Shown here: positions 39,453 through 49,800 of the stretch, one piece after another
Numbering within the stretch: the first letter of the stretch is position 1
How the letters are laid out: each line of letters begins with the position of its first letter
Assembly: GCA_050331735.1 (NCBI GenBank)
Contig: JBHJGN010000016.1
Span: 1 to 64,000 of the forward strand
DNA: 64,000 nucleotides
Source of the DNA: Cyanophyceae cyanobacterium
Lineage (GTDB): Bacteria; Cyanobacteriota; Cyanobacteriia; Cyanobacteriales; JBHJGN01
Direction of reading: 5' to 3'
The notes under the pieces: generated by a model
The model's input: the letters and a program-made list of their open reading frames with translations, nothing else
Database searches by the model: none
Told to the model about the DNA's origin: nothing
Program-made: the position numbers and the translations under genes

Positions 39453-42128
39453 ATGCCCACCCTAACCGTTAATATTCTCGCCGATCAAAACGACGGCAGT
39501 TCCGCTGGCGGTCTGTCGCTGCGCGATGCCATTCTCACCGCCAACGCTGACCCCAACACCGCCTACACCATCAATCTGCAAGCCGGACAAACCTATCTCC
39601 TCAGTGCCGGAGAAGCCGACGAAGACCTCGGCGTTGGCGGCGACCTTGATATTACCAACAGCAATATTACCGTGCGCTCAGCCGGGAGACAGCCAGCAAC
39701 CATTGATGCCGGAGGTCTGCAATTTAGCGATCGCGTGTTCCACGTTCTCGAGGGCGGTAATCTCACCCTAGAAAACGTGGTGCTGACGCGCGGCAACACT
39801 GAATTTGGGGGTGGACTGCGCATTGAAGAAGCGGGCACAGCCACGCTTGTTAACAGCACCGTCAGCGGCAACACGGCTGAGGATGGCGGTGGCGGTATCT
39901 ACACAGAAGGAACTACGACGCTCATTCAAAGTACCGTTAGCAATAACAGCACAACGACAAGCAACAGTGGCGGTGCTGGCATCAGGAGCAGCGGGACACT
40001 AACCTTAACTGACAGTACCGTGAGCGAGAACAGCTCTACCGCCAGCTTTAGCAGCGGTGCTGGCATTAGCAGCAGCGGGACCGCAACGCTGACTCAAAGT
40101 AGTGTGAGCAATAACAGCAGCTTCAGCGGCGGCGGCATCAGTAACGGTGGCTCTATGACCTTGACTAATACCACCGTCAGCGATAACACGGCTACAAATT
40201 CTAGTGGCGGCGGCATCCTCAGCAGTGGTTTCAACAATGCTGTCCTAAATTTAATCGACAGTACCGTGAGCGGGAACAGCTCCGATTTAGGTGGAGGAGG
40301 CATTAGTTCTAATGATACTTTAAACCTCCTCAATAGCACCATTAGCAACAATGCCTCAGCAAGAAGAGATGGGGGTGGAGTCGAGATCAGTGGCAATGCT
40401 ACCATCACCAATACTACTATCAGCGGCAACTCCGCCATCAACGGTGGCGGGATTGCTGTTGGCAGCAGTTTTATTAATACAGCCGTTTTGACGAACAGCA
40501 CCGTTAGCGGCAATAGCGCGACAGATAACGGCGGCGGTATTTATCTTCGCGGCGGGACAGCTACGCTCACCAACAGCACCATTGCTAACAACACGGTCAA
40601 CACAGACAGGGATAGCCGAGGCAACGGCGGTGGCATTAGCAACCGTTCTACCCTAACTCTCAGAAACTCGATTGTGGCCGAAAATATCGATCTCCCTGAT
40701 AATGCCGGGGCGGGAGAAATTCACCCCGACCTATCCGGGACGATCAACGGCAGTAACTTTAACCTCATCGGCACTGTCGAGGGAGCAACTGGCAACGTTG
40801 GTTCTGGCAGCGATATTGTTACCTCTAATCCCCTCCTTGGTCCTTTGGCCGAAAATGGTGGACCCACTCTCACCCACACCCCCCTCCAAGGCAGTCCCGC
40901 TATTAACCGAGGCAACAGCGCTCTCGTTGCTCCCGATACCCTTGATATTGATGCCGACAACAACTTTACCGAACCCGTTCCCTCCGACCAGCGCCTCCGA
41001 CAGCGCATTGCCGGACCGTCCGTCGATATTGGCTCTGTCGAAGTGGGAGCCGCCCCTCTGCCCCCAAATTTCATTGCCCGGACTGGCCCTAGTAGCCTCC
41101 TCACCCCAATTGAAACGACTTCCAGCCCAGTCCCCGCCTTTGCCGACCTCGATGCCGACGGCGACCTCGATGCCACAGTGGGCGATATCAACGGTGGACT
41201 GCTCTATTTCCGCAATGACACTAACCGCTTTACCCGCGTAACGGGAGCGCCTAATCCCTTTGCTGGCATCGACGTGGGCTTTGTCAGCACCCCGGCCTTT
41301 GCCGACCTCGACGGCGACAGCGATCTGGATCTGTTTATCGGTGCTTTTGATGGCACTTTCACCTACTATCGCAACACCAACGGACGCTTCGTCGAGCAAA
41401 CGGGTAGTGCAAACCCCTTCAACGGCATCGATGTGGGCAGCTATAGCAACATTGCCTTTGCCAACATCGATGGCGATAGCGATGTCGATGCGTTTCTGGG
41501 ACTGGCGAACGGACGGGTGGCTTACTACCGAAACACCAACGGCAACTTTACTTTAATCCGAGGGACGGGAAATCCTCTCAATGGATTGGATGCCGGAGAC
41601 TTCAGCTTCCCTAGCTTCGGCGACCTGGATGGGGATGGCGATGAAGATGCGGTGGTGGGAGAAGTGTTTGGCGAACTGCGCTACTACCGCAACGACGGCG
41701 GACGCTTGGTGAGCGCTACGGGCACGAACAATCCTTTGAACGGGGTTGATGTTGGGTTTTATGCGGCTCCTAGCTTTGCCGATATCGACGGCGACGGGGA
41801 TGTAGATGGCATCATCGGTGGAGACGTGAGCTTGAGCGGCACGAGCCGAGGACGACTCTCCTTGATTGAAAATACCTTGCCCGTCGGATCAACCACGGTG
41901 CAGCGTGATGCCAACGCTGGGTCAGCCGTTAGGGCTGGGTTAGGAGCTGGTCAACCAGAGGAGTCCCTACTAGGCGGCACGTTGAGCCACATTACCGCCA
42001 CGTCGGAGGGCTTTGAGGAGTTAACCTGGTCAGCCGAGAGTACTGAAAAAGGCTTCATTCAAGAGCAGGAATTCAAATCGGAGTTGAGCGTAGCCGCTTT
42101 AACGAGTTTCGACCATACTGTTATTTAG
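39453..42128 (+). CDS. Large extracellular beta-helix (CSLREA / choice-of-anchor-Q-like) protein with FG-GAP repeats
   Basis: LSLRDAI N-terminal motif, GGGI/STVSGN beta-helix repeats, LGPLAENGGPTLTH...SPAIN...DQR...DIGSVE, and five FADLDGDGD-type repeats. Confidence 0.85.
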   Translation: MPTLTVNILADQNDGSSAGGLSLRDAILTANADPNTAYTINLQAGQTYLLSAGEADEDLGVGGDLDITNSNITVRSAGRQPATIDAGGLQFSDRVFHVLEGGNLTLENVVLTRGNTEFGGGLRIEEAGTATLVNSTVSGNTAEDGGGGIYTEGTTTLIQSTVSNNSTTTSNSGGAGIRSSGTLTLTDSTVSENSSTASFSSGAGISSSGTATLTQSSVSNNSSFSGGGISNGGSMTLTNTTVSDNTATNSSGGGILSSGFNNAVLNLIDSTVSGNSSDLGGGGISSNDTLNLLNSTISNNASARRDGGGVEISGNATITNTTISGNSAINGGGIAVGSSFINTAVLTNSTVSGNSATDNGGGIYLRGGTATLTNSTIANNTVNTDRDSRGNGGGISNRSTLTLRNSIVAENIDLPDNAGAGEIHPDLSGTINGSNFNLIGTVEGATGNVGSGSDIVTSNPLLGPLAENGGPTLTHTPLQGSPAINRGNSALVAPDTLDIDADNNFTEPVPSDQRLRQRIAGPSVDIGSVEVGAAPLPPNFIARTGPSSLLTPIETTSSPVPAFADLDADGDLDATVGDINGGLLYFRNDTNRFTRVTGAPNPFAGIDVGFVSTPAFADLDGDSDLDLFIGAFDGTFTYYRNTNGRFVEQTGSANPFNGIDVGSYSNIAFANIDGDSDVDAFLGLANGRVAYYRNTNGNFTLIRGTGNPLNGLDAGDFSFPSFGDLDGDGDEDAVVGEVFGELRYYRNDGGRLVSATGTNNPLNGVDVGFYAAPSFADIDGDGDVDGIIGGDVSLSGTSRGRLSLIENTLPVGSTTVQRDANAGSAVRAGLGAGQPEESLLGGTLSHITATSEGFEELTWSAESTEKGFIQEQEFKSELSVAALTSFDHTVI

Positions 42129-42131
42129 GGT

Positions 42132-42170
42132 AAAGTAGCGGCATCAAAAACGAGGCCGCTACTTTCTTCT
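42132..42170 (+). terminator. Intrinsic terminator between the paralogues
   Basis: 11-bp perfect stem AAAGTAGCGGC/GCCGCTACTTT followed by CTTCT. Confidence 0.65.
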
Positions 42171-42228
42171 GGAAAATCACACCTGGCCTTGAGCGTCAAA
42201 TTTCAATATCCTTCGTCTACAAAAAACT

Positions 42229-44274
42229 ATGCCGACGCTAACCGTTAACGTCCTTGCCGATCAAAACGACGGCAGTCCCGCTGGCGGTCTCTCGCTGCGC
42301 GATGCGATTCTCACAGCTAACGCTGACCCCAACACCGCCTACACCATCAATCTGCAAGCCGGACAAACCTATCTCCTCAGTAGAGGAGAGGCTGACGAAG
42401 ACCTTGGCATTGGTGGTGACTTAGATATTAGCAGCCGCAACATCACGATTCGCTCAGTCGGTGAACCGGCAACAATTGATGCCGGGGGGCTACAGTTTAG
42501 CGATCGCGGATTTCACGTTCTCGATGGCGCCAATCTCACCCTAGAAAACGTGGTGCTCACCCGCGGCAATAGCGAATTAGGGGGCGGACTACGGGTTGAA
42601 GGCACAGCGACACTCGTCAACAGTACCGTCAGCGGCAACACCGCTGAGGAGGGCGGCGGCATCTACAACGAGGGCACGGTCACGCTCCATCAAAGCACCG
42701 TGAGCAATAATAGCGTCACCAGTAACGGTGGCGGCATTGCCAGCAGCGGCATGTTGACCTTAACCGAAAGCACCGTCAGCGGCAATCGTACGCCCGCAAA
42801 CTTCAGTAGCGGTGGCGGCATCAGTAACGTTAACGGCACAGCAACCCTAACGAAAAGTACCGTTAGCAACAACAGCAGCAGCTACGGCGGGGGCATTAGC
42901 AGCAGTGGCGTTGTTACCTTAACCGAAAGTACCGTCAGCAGCAACTCAGCCAATACGGGAGGCGGAATTGGCAGCGGTGGAGTGAATACAGGAGTTCTCA
43001 ATTTAACCAACAGCACCGTCAGCAGTAACACAGCCGCTGGCGCAGGCGGCGGCATTTTTGCCCGGAACCGGCTCAATTCCCTCGGCAGCACCATCAGCAA
43101 TAATCGGGCTGAGAGCAACGATGGCGGCGGAGTCTATAGCCGAGGCAGCGCCACTTTTGTCAATACGACGATTAGCGGCAATTCCAGTCGTCGCGGCGGC
43201 GGCCTCTTCAGTAGCGGAAGTTCTTTAACCACCACGGCAATTTTGACAAACAGCACTGTTAGTGGCAACGAGGTGACGAGCTCTGGTGGTGGGGTTTACG
43301 TTGGTCTGGGAACAGCCACCATCACCAACAGCACCATTACCGACAACACGGCCAACACAGCTAGCAATACTGTGGGCAACGGCGGCGGGATTTTTAACGA
43401 TGCCACTCTCACTCTCAGAAACTCAATCGTCGCCCAAAATACCGCTCTTCGCGATAATGCCGGGTCTGGAGAAATTCATCCCGACCTTTCCGGGACCGTC
43501 AACGGCAACAACTTTAACCTGATCGGCTCGATTGCAGGAGCAAGCGGTAATGTAGGCACCGGCAGCGATATTGTCAATGCTAATCCGCGCCTTGGTCCTC
43601 TCGCCGACAACGGTGGGCCGACTCTCACCCATGCGCTACTCCCCGATAGCCCCGCCATCGATCGGGGCAATAATGCTTTAGTGGCTCCCGATACCTTAGA
43701 TATCGACACCGATAACAACGTGACTGAATCCGTCCCAACCGACCAGCGCGGAACAGGCTTTTCCCGTATTCAAAGACAGCAAGTTGATATTGGAGCCTTC
43801 GAGGTGGGTTCAGGTAACGCTGGTGAGCAAGATTTCAATGGTGACGGCAACCCAGACCTCCTGTGGCGCAACTCAGTAACGGGAAACAATACCGTCTGGT
43901 ATATGAACACCACCACCCGCATCGGTAGCGTCTCGCTCGCTTCCTTAACCAATCTGGACTGGACCATCGGCGGCGCGGGCGACTTTAATAACGACAATCA
44001 GGATGACCTAGTGTGGCGCAACTCAGCCACCGGACAAAACGTAGTCTGGTATCTCAACAATACCACCCGCATCGGCAGCGCGACCTTAGACCCGGTGAGC
44101 GATCGCCACTGGACCATCAGCGGCGTCGGCGATTTTAATCAGGATGACCAAGACGACCTGGTATGGCGCAACTCAGCCACCGGACAAAACGTAGTCTGGT
44201 ATCTCAACAATACTACTCGCGTCAGCACTGCATCCTTTCCGACCTTGGGTTCTGATTGGACTCTCATTGCCTGA
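42229..44274 (+). CDS. Paralogous beta-helix protein with DFNxD-LxWRN-type FG-GAP/VCBS repeats
   Basis: N-terminal ~520 aa homologous to the 39453 gene; C-terminal DFNGDGNPDLLWRN...WTI repeats with a 150-nt period. Confidence 0.85.
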   Translation: MPTLTVNVLADQNDGSPAGGLSLRDAILTANADPNTAYTINLQAGQTYLLSRGEADEDLGIGGDLDISSRNITIRSVGEPATIDAGGLQFSDRGFHVLDGANLTLENVVLTRGNSELGGGLRVEGTATLVNSTVSGNTAEEGGGIYNEGTVTLHQSTVSNNSVTSNGGGIASSGMLTLTESTVSGNRTPANFSSGGGISNVNGTATLTKSTVSNNSSSYGGGISSSGVVTLTESTVSSNSANTGGGIGSGGVNTGVLNLTNSTVSSNTAAGAGGGIFARNRLNSLGSTISNNRAESNDGGGVYSRGSATFVNTTISGNSSRRGGGLFSSGSSLTTTAILTNSTVSGNEVTSSGGGVYVGLGTATITNSTITDNTANTASNTVGNGGGIFNDATLTLRNSIVAQNTALRDNAGSGEIHPDLSGTVNGNNFNLIGSIAGASGNVGTGSDIVNANPRLGPLADNGGPTLTHALLPDSPAIDRGNNALVAPDTLDIDTDNNVTESVPTDQRGTGFSRIQRQQVDIGAFEVGSGNAGEQDFNGDGNPDLLWRNSVTGNNTVWYMNTTTRIGSVSLASLTNLDWTIGGAGDFNNDNQDDLVWRNSATGQNVVWYLNNTTRIGSATLDPVSDRHWTISGVGDFNQDDQDDLVWRNSATGQNVVWYLNNTTRVSTASFPTLGSDWTLIA

Positions 44275-44295
44275 CAGGAAGCGCGAAACCAATCA

Positions 44296-44450
44296 TTATA
44301 CCATTTACCGAAAGTAGTCAGATAGTTCCTTAAACTAACTAAGCATTGGAGGTTCAAGGGCAAAGAGCTGCTGTGCTTCCCCTTCCCCTTTCCCCCTTCC
44401 CCTTTCCCCCGACTCATCAAGTCTCCTATTACTTTTTCCAATTGGTATTA
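44296..44450 (+). mobile_element. MITE-like element, copy 2
   Basis: TTATACCATTT...AATTGGTATTA termini; internal CCCCTT tract expanded. Confidence 0.8.
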
Positions 44451-44640
44451 GATACCAGCGTAATTGCCTAGCGCTCGCTTGTGTTCGTCCCACGTCGAGT
44501 TCGCTCAAAAATCACAGGGGTTATACAGTTGGAGAGCAGGGCTATTTCAGCCCATCCCTCTTCTATCAGATTCCGAGTGAAGGAATAGAATCAACCAAAG
44601 ATAAAATCTCCACAAGGCAGAGAGCGCGATCAATGCAGAG

Positions 44641-46356
44641 TCACTTAACCTTTAAACTCCGCAGGCGGTTGAGGGCAGCGGCTAACTCATAGCGGCGAAA
44701 CAGCGCCAAATCTCCTTGAGGATACTCTGTTAGCACATCTAATCCTTGGTCTGCAATGTCTGCCATGACTCGCTCTAATACCTCTGGAATCGGGCGCCGT
44801 CGATCGAGATACTTTTCCTTGGCATAAACAATCGCGGCGGCAACGGCTCGCAACTGTCCGGTATCGACAATCTGCTCAACGGCGGCTAAATCGATCGCTT
44901 CTTGCCCAAACGCCACCTCATCCACATCTCGAACCTTCAATTTTACGGCCCGGCGTCCGCGACTGGGATCGATACTTTCGGGCAGGGGAACGCGCGGGGT
45001 AATATCTCCAAAGTGCTGACCGCCCTCGGCAACCCGTTCAGTCGTGTACTGCTTGGCGATCGCCTGGGCTTTCTCGGTAAGATCGTAGGGCTGAAAATCC
45101 TCCATGCCGATGACGGTATCGGCAACGTCAAAATAATCGCCACTGCCCCCCATCACTAGAATAGTAGACACCCCGTAATCTCCGTATAGCTGGCGAATCT
45201 TATCGATGAACGGCGTGATCGGCTCTTTATCCTTAGCGATGAGCTGCTGCATGCGGCGATCGCGGATCATAAAGTTAGTCGCTGCTGTATCTTCATCGAC
45301 TAGCAACACCTGAGCGCTAGCTTCTAGCGCCTCGATAATATTGGCCGCTTGGGAGGTACTGCCGCTGGCGTTGGCGGTTGAAAAGTTACGGGTAGAACGT
45401 CCTTGGGGAAGCTGATTAATAAACGGAGAAATATCAACTCCGGCAATCGAGCGCCCGTCCTCCGCGCGAATTTTCACCGCCGCCGGATTGGTGACGACCA
45501 GTTCTCGTCCGTCTCCGGGAATATGATTGTATACTCCGAGTTCAATCGCTTTTAGCAGTGTTGATTTACCGTGATAGCCACCGCCGACGATGAGGGTGAT
45601 GCCAGCCGGAATGCCCATCCCTGTAACGACACCGCGATGAGGGCAGTGGAACTCTACTTCTAGAGAGGCAGGAGATTGAAAAGGAATGGCCTCTTTTACC
45701 AACGGGCGCTGATCCACTCCACTACGACGGGGCAAAATCGCTCCATTAGGAACGAACGCCACTAGTCCCTGAGCCGATAACTGCTGGCGCAGCCAGTCGG
45801 CATCTTCTACAGTATTGAGGTGCTGCTGAATCTGTTGAGGATCTAGAGAGGCATACTGAAGGGCTGTGACGACCTTGGGAATGTCATCACACAGCATTTC
45901 TGCTGCCTGACGACCTAAAATGCGTCGTCCTCGCGCTGGCAGTCCCACCAAAAACCGGACTTCCACCTGCTGGTCATCAATCAACACTGAAGTGCGCTCT
46001 AATACTTCCTGTCCGGTGCGGGCGATCGCCATCATGCCACTTTTGCCCGTGCCGCGTGAAGCGAAGCTATCCCGAAGGAAATTGCTGCTGATGCGGTCTG
46101 CTTCAAACTGGCGCGTCAGGTAATCTCTGAGGGCAACCTCCCGCGAGGGAGTTGCGTATAGTTGTCGGGGAAATTGAGCCACCGACTGAGGGACCAACAC
46201 GCGAAATTTACTGGGTGAAGCGAAAGGGTCGGACTGAACGCGATCGATCGCGAGAGTAAAGTCTGGAAAGCGGTAGCTGCCCTTAATATCTTTGTAGGCT
46301 TTGTATCCGCACCCGTCGAGTCTTAGTAGAGTAGAGCGTAATTCTTGATCGGACAT
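44641..46356 (-). CDS. ABC-class ATPase (ABC_ATPase / PF09818-type)
   Basis: VGGGYHGKST, NHIPGDGRE, KIRAEDGR, ASGSTSQAA and VDEDTAATNFMIRD. Confidence 0.88.
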   Translation of the reverse strand: MSDQELRSTLLRLDGCGYKAYKDIKGSYRFPDFTLAIDRVQSDPFASPSKFRVLVPQSVAQFPRQLYATPSREVALRDYLTRQFEADRISSNFLRDSFASRGTGKSGMMAIARTGQEVLERTSVLIDDQQVEVRFLVGLPARGRRILGRQAAEMLCDDIPKVVTALQYASLDPQQIQQHLNTVEDADWLRQQLSAQGLVAFVPNGAILPRRSGVDQRPLVKEAIPFQSPASLEVEFHCPHRGVVTGMGIPAGITLIVGGGYHGKSTLLKAIELGVYNHIPGDGRELVVTNPAAVKIRAEDGRSIAGVDISPFINQLPQGRSTRNFSTANASGSTSQAANIIEALEASAQVLLVDEDTAATNFMIRDRRMQQLIAKDKEPITPFIDKIRQLYGDYGVSTILVMGGSGDYFDVADTVIGMEDFQPYDLTEKAQAIAKQYTTERVAEGGQHFGDITPRVPLPESIDPSRGRRAVKLKVRDVDEVAFGQEAIDLAAVEQIVDTGQLRAVAAAIVYAKEKYLDRRRPIPEVLERVMADIADQGLDVLTEYPQGDLALFRRYELAAALNRLRSLKVK

Positions 46357-46462
46357 AGAGATAGCGCCATCAACGATACATATAAACTAGCGTTCTACCT
46401 GAAGGAATGATGTCTTCCAAAAGATGATTCTACCGGAGATGTGTAGCAAATGACACCTATTT

Positions 46463-46493
46463 TTTAATGCCTTCTTAATCTAGCCATTAGCAG
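46463..46493 (+). promoter_or_regulatory. Possible Pho box upstream of the extracellular nuclease
   Basis: TTTAATGC (46463) and CTTAATCT (46474) at 11-bp spacing; weaker ATTAGCAG at 46486. Confidence 0.4.
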
Positions 46494-46837
46494 AGCTTGA
46501 GGTAGCTTGCCTAGGATAATAGCCGTTCGTCTTTCAAAAAGCGATTTAACGTTGTTCAAATAGCTGAATAGTCCAGCTTTTTGACGGGGTTGTTGAGGAA
46601 TTTGCCTGCGGCTCTTTTTTTTGAGCTTTAGCAAACTTGACGAACTCCAACTCTAGCTTGCTAAAACGCCAGTTTTGTGTTCTAGCTAACTGCAACGCGC
46701 AGTGCTTTCTTTAGCGGCAATGCCACAGTGTGTTGCCTCATTCTAAATCGGTCCAAACGACACTTCCCTAGGGAATATAGAGCGGACAAAGTTGCATCGA
46801 CAGTATCTACATCTAAGGCATAGGAGAAACCTCAATC

Positions 46838-49800
46838 GTGGCGACTATTTTTACAGAAAGCTTTGAAACAGATGGCAACGGCAGCCGTTACACCACATCA
46901 ATCCCGGAATTTACCGACGGTAGTAGCGATTTCTTGACTCGCACCGACGGTAGCAACATCAGCGGTGGCTATGATGTCACTGGTTCAGACGGCAGCTTTT
47001 ACTTTGCCGCCCAGGATATTGACGGTGAAGGGGATGCCTCACAACAAACCCTGATATTCTCTGAGATTGACATCGCCAATTTTACCAACCTCAGCTTTAG
47101 TGCCCTGTTTGCTGAAGATGATTCTAGTGACGGCAATGAAGACTGGGATGCCCCCGATTTTGTAACCGTTGAGTATCAAGTTGACGGTGGCGGATTCCTC
47201 GACTTGCTAGCCTTTGAGAATGACGGCAGTACCTTCAACAGCGCTCCTCTTCAAGACACGGATTTTGATGGCACTGGTGACGGCACCGAGGTTACAGATA
47301 CCTTTGCGACCTTCTCAAACACCATTGATGCAACAGGTTCCACACTAGACCTCCGCATTACCTTTGACCTTGACTCCGGTGACGAGGATATTGCCATCGA
47401 CAACATCCAGCTCATGGGCGACGCTGCTACTTCAGAACTATTAATCAGCGAATTTCAGCCAAATCCCCCCGGCACCGATCCCTCTTCTCAAACATTTGAA
47501 CTGAGCGGAACACCGGGTGAGTCTTTCAGTGGCGTGATTGTCGGTATTGAGAGCGATTCTGGAAGTGCCAACCCAGGAGATATCAATAACTTCGAGTCAG
47601 TTTCAGGAACCTTTGATGCCAATGGTTTGTTGACTGTCAGCATTGATGACTTAGAAAACCCCTCGTTTACCGTTGCTTTGCTCTCCGATTTCACCGGGGA
47701 TACCTCCACGGATATCGACCCTGACGACGATGGAATGGCGGATGACCTCTCCACCTTCGGGACCGTTTTTGATGCGATCGGTGTACTGGACGCAATGAGC
47801 GATCAGTCATTATTGTACGGAGCACAGCTTGGCGGAACGGACTTTGACTTCACAGGGTCTGAACCCGAAATTATCTTTCGAGACGCGAGTGTAGGAGCCC
47901 TATTTGCGGTTAACGAGCTCGGTGTTAATGAAGTTTTTGATACCGCCGGGAACAGCGTAGACCCAAACTCTTTTGACATCAACCCTACTACCGGGACAAC
48001 CTTTGGAGCAATTAACCCCAGTTCCGATAATGGTGGGACAACGCTATCGATTCAGGCTAGCGATGCGGTTCAAGCTGAAGGAGACAGCGGTACGACTAGT
48101 TTCACCTTTACGGTAACTCGCTCCGGCGATACTAGCGGAGCAACCGACGTTGATTTTGCCGTTTCCGGTGAAGCTGATGCGGCAGACTTTGGCGGCACAC
48201 TTCCCTCCGGTACGATTAGCTTCGCGGCTGGCGACACCACTCAAACAATCACCCTTGCCGTATCGGGGGATACAGATACAGAAGCAGACGAAGACTTCAC
48301 TGTTACCCTCTCCAACCCGACTAACGGAGCCACAATTGCGACTGCTACCGCTACAGGCACAATCCAGAACGACGATATTACCGTCACCCCGATCTTTGAA
48401 ATTCAAGGAGCTGCTCAAAGCTCACCGCTCGCAGGACAATCTGTTTCCACAATAGGGATTGTGACAGCAGTGGATACCAACGGATTTTACCTGCAAGATC
48501 CGACTGGAGACGGTGACAGTGCTACCTCTGACGCTCTGTTTGTCTTTACTAGCTCTGCTCCTGGCGTAAGCGTCGGCGACGAACTTCAGGTGAGCGGTAC
48601 GGTTAGCGAGTTTATTCCTGGCGGTGCGGGGACAGGCAACCTATCGATTACTCAAATCAGCGGCAGTCCCACGATTACCACCTTATCTACTGGTAATGCG
48701 CTACCGAACTCGGTGGTTTTAGGGGTCGATCGCACTCCTCCCACAGAAATTATTGATAACGATCAAGACACTCAGTACAACGTTCTGCAAGGCGGCGGCG
48801 ACTACGAACCGACCGCAGACGGCATCGACTTCTACGAAAGCCTAGAAGCGATGAGAGTGACGGTTAACGAGCCAGTTGCCGTTGCTGGAACCTCTCAATT
48901 TGGTGAAATCTTTACGGTGGTGAATGATGGTGCTGGCGCCAGCAATTTGAGTCAGCGCGGCACAGCAAATATTGCTCCTGAAGACTACAACCCAGAGCGA
49001 GTTCAGATTGACAGTGACTCGTTTACTCCAGGCGGAATTCCGGATGTCGCGACCGGGGCTGAGCTTAACAACGTCACCGGCGTAATCAGCTACAGCTTTG
49101 GCAGCTTTGAGGTGCTGGCGACAGAAGCCATTACTGTTACTGAATCAAACCTAGAGCCAGAGATCAGCACCATTGCACCAACGGCTACGAACCTTACCAT
49201 TGCCACCTACAACGTCCTCAACCTCGACCCGAACGATAACGATGGCGATATGGATGTGGCCAACGGACGCTTTGAGGCGATCGCTAACGACATTGTTACT
49301 AACCTGAATACGCCGGACGTCATTGGTTTACAGGAAGTTCAAGATAACGATGGTTCCGACAACACCGGCGTTACTTCTGCCAGCGAAACATTACAGCTAT
49401 TGGTTGACGAAATTGCCGCTGCTGGTGGTCCCCAGTACGAATTTATCGACAATACCTTTATCGAAGATGGCGAGAGTGGCGGTCAGCCGGGCGGTAACAT
49501 CCGCACTGCCTTTTTGTATAATCCGAATCGTGTCAATCTCGTTGATGGTTCGGTTCGTCCGATCGGCGATCAAGAGCCAGGTAGCCCCTTTAATGGGTCA
49601 CGTTTACCTTTAGTGGCCGATTTTGAGTTCAACGGTCAAACAGTAACCGTTGTTGACAACCATTTTTCCTCCAAAGGTGGCAGCAGCCCGCTCTTTGGGG
49701 CGATTCAGCCTGCTAGCGATCTTCAAGAAGATCCAGACATTAACGGGAGCCTAGATGAACGTCGGGAGCAGGCGCAGGCGGTGAATGATTTCGTCGATGG

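Noticed and set aside
43960..44220. 150-nt direct repeats as a CRISPR array or DGR template/variable pair
   Set aside because: They are in-frame FG-GAP coding repeats; there are no spacers, cas genes or reverse transcriptase in the window.
44610..44625. CCACAAGGCAG as a second TnpB target
   Set aside because: Only 4 nt match the guide after the predicted TAM.
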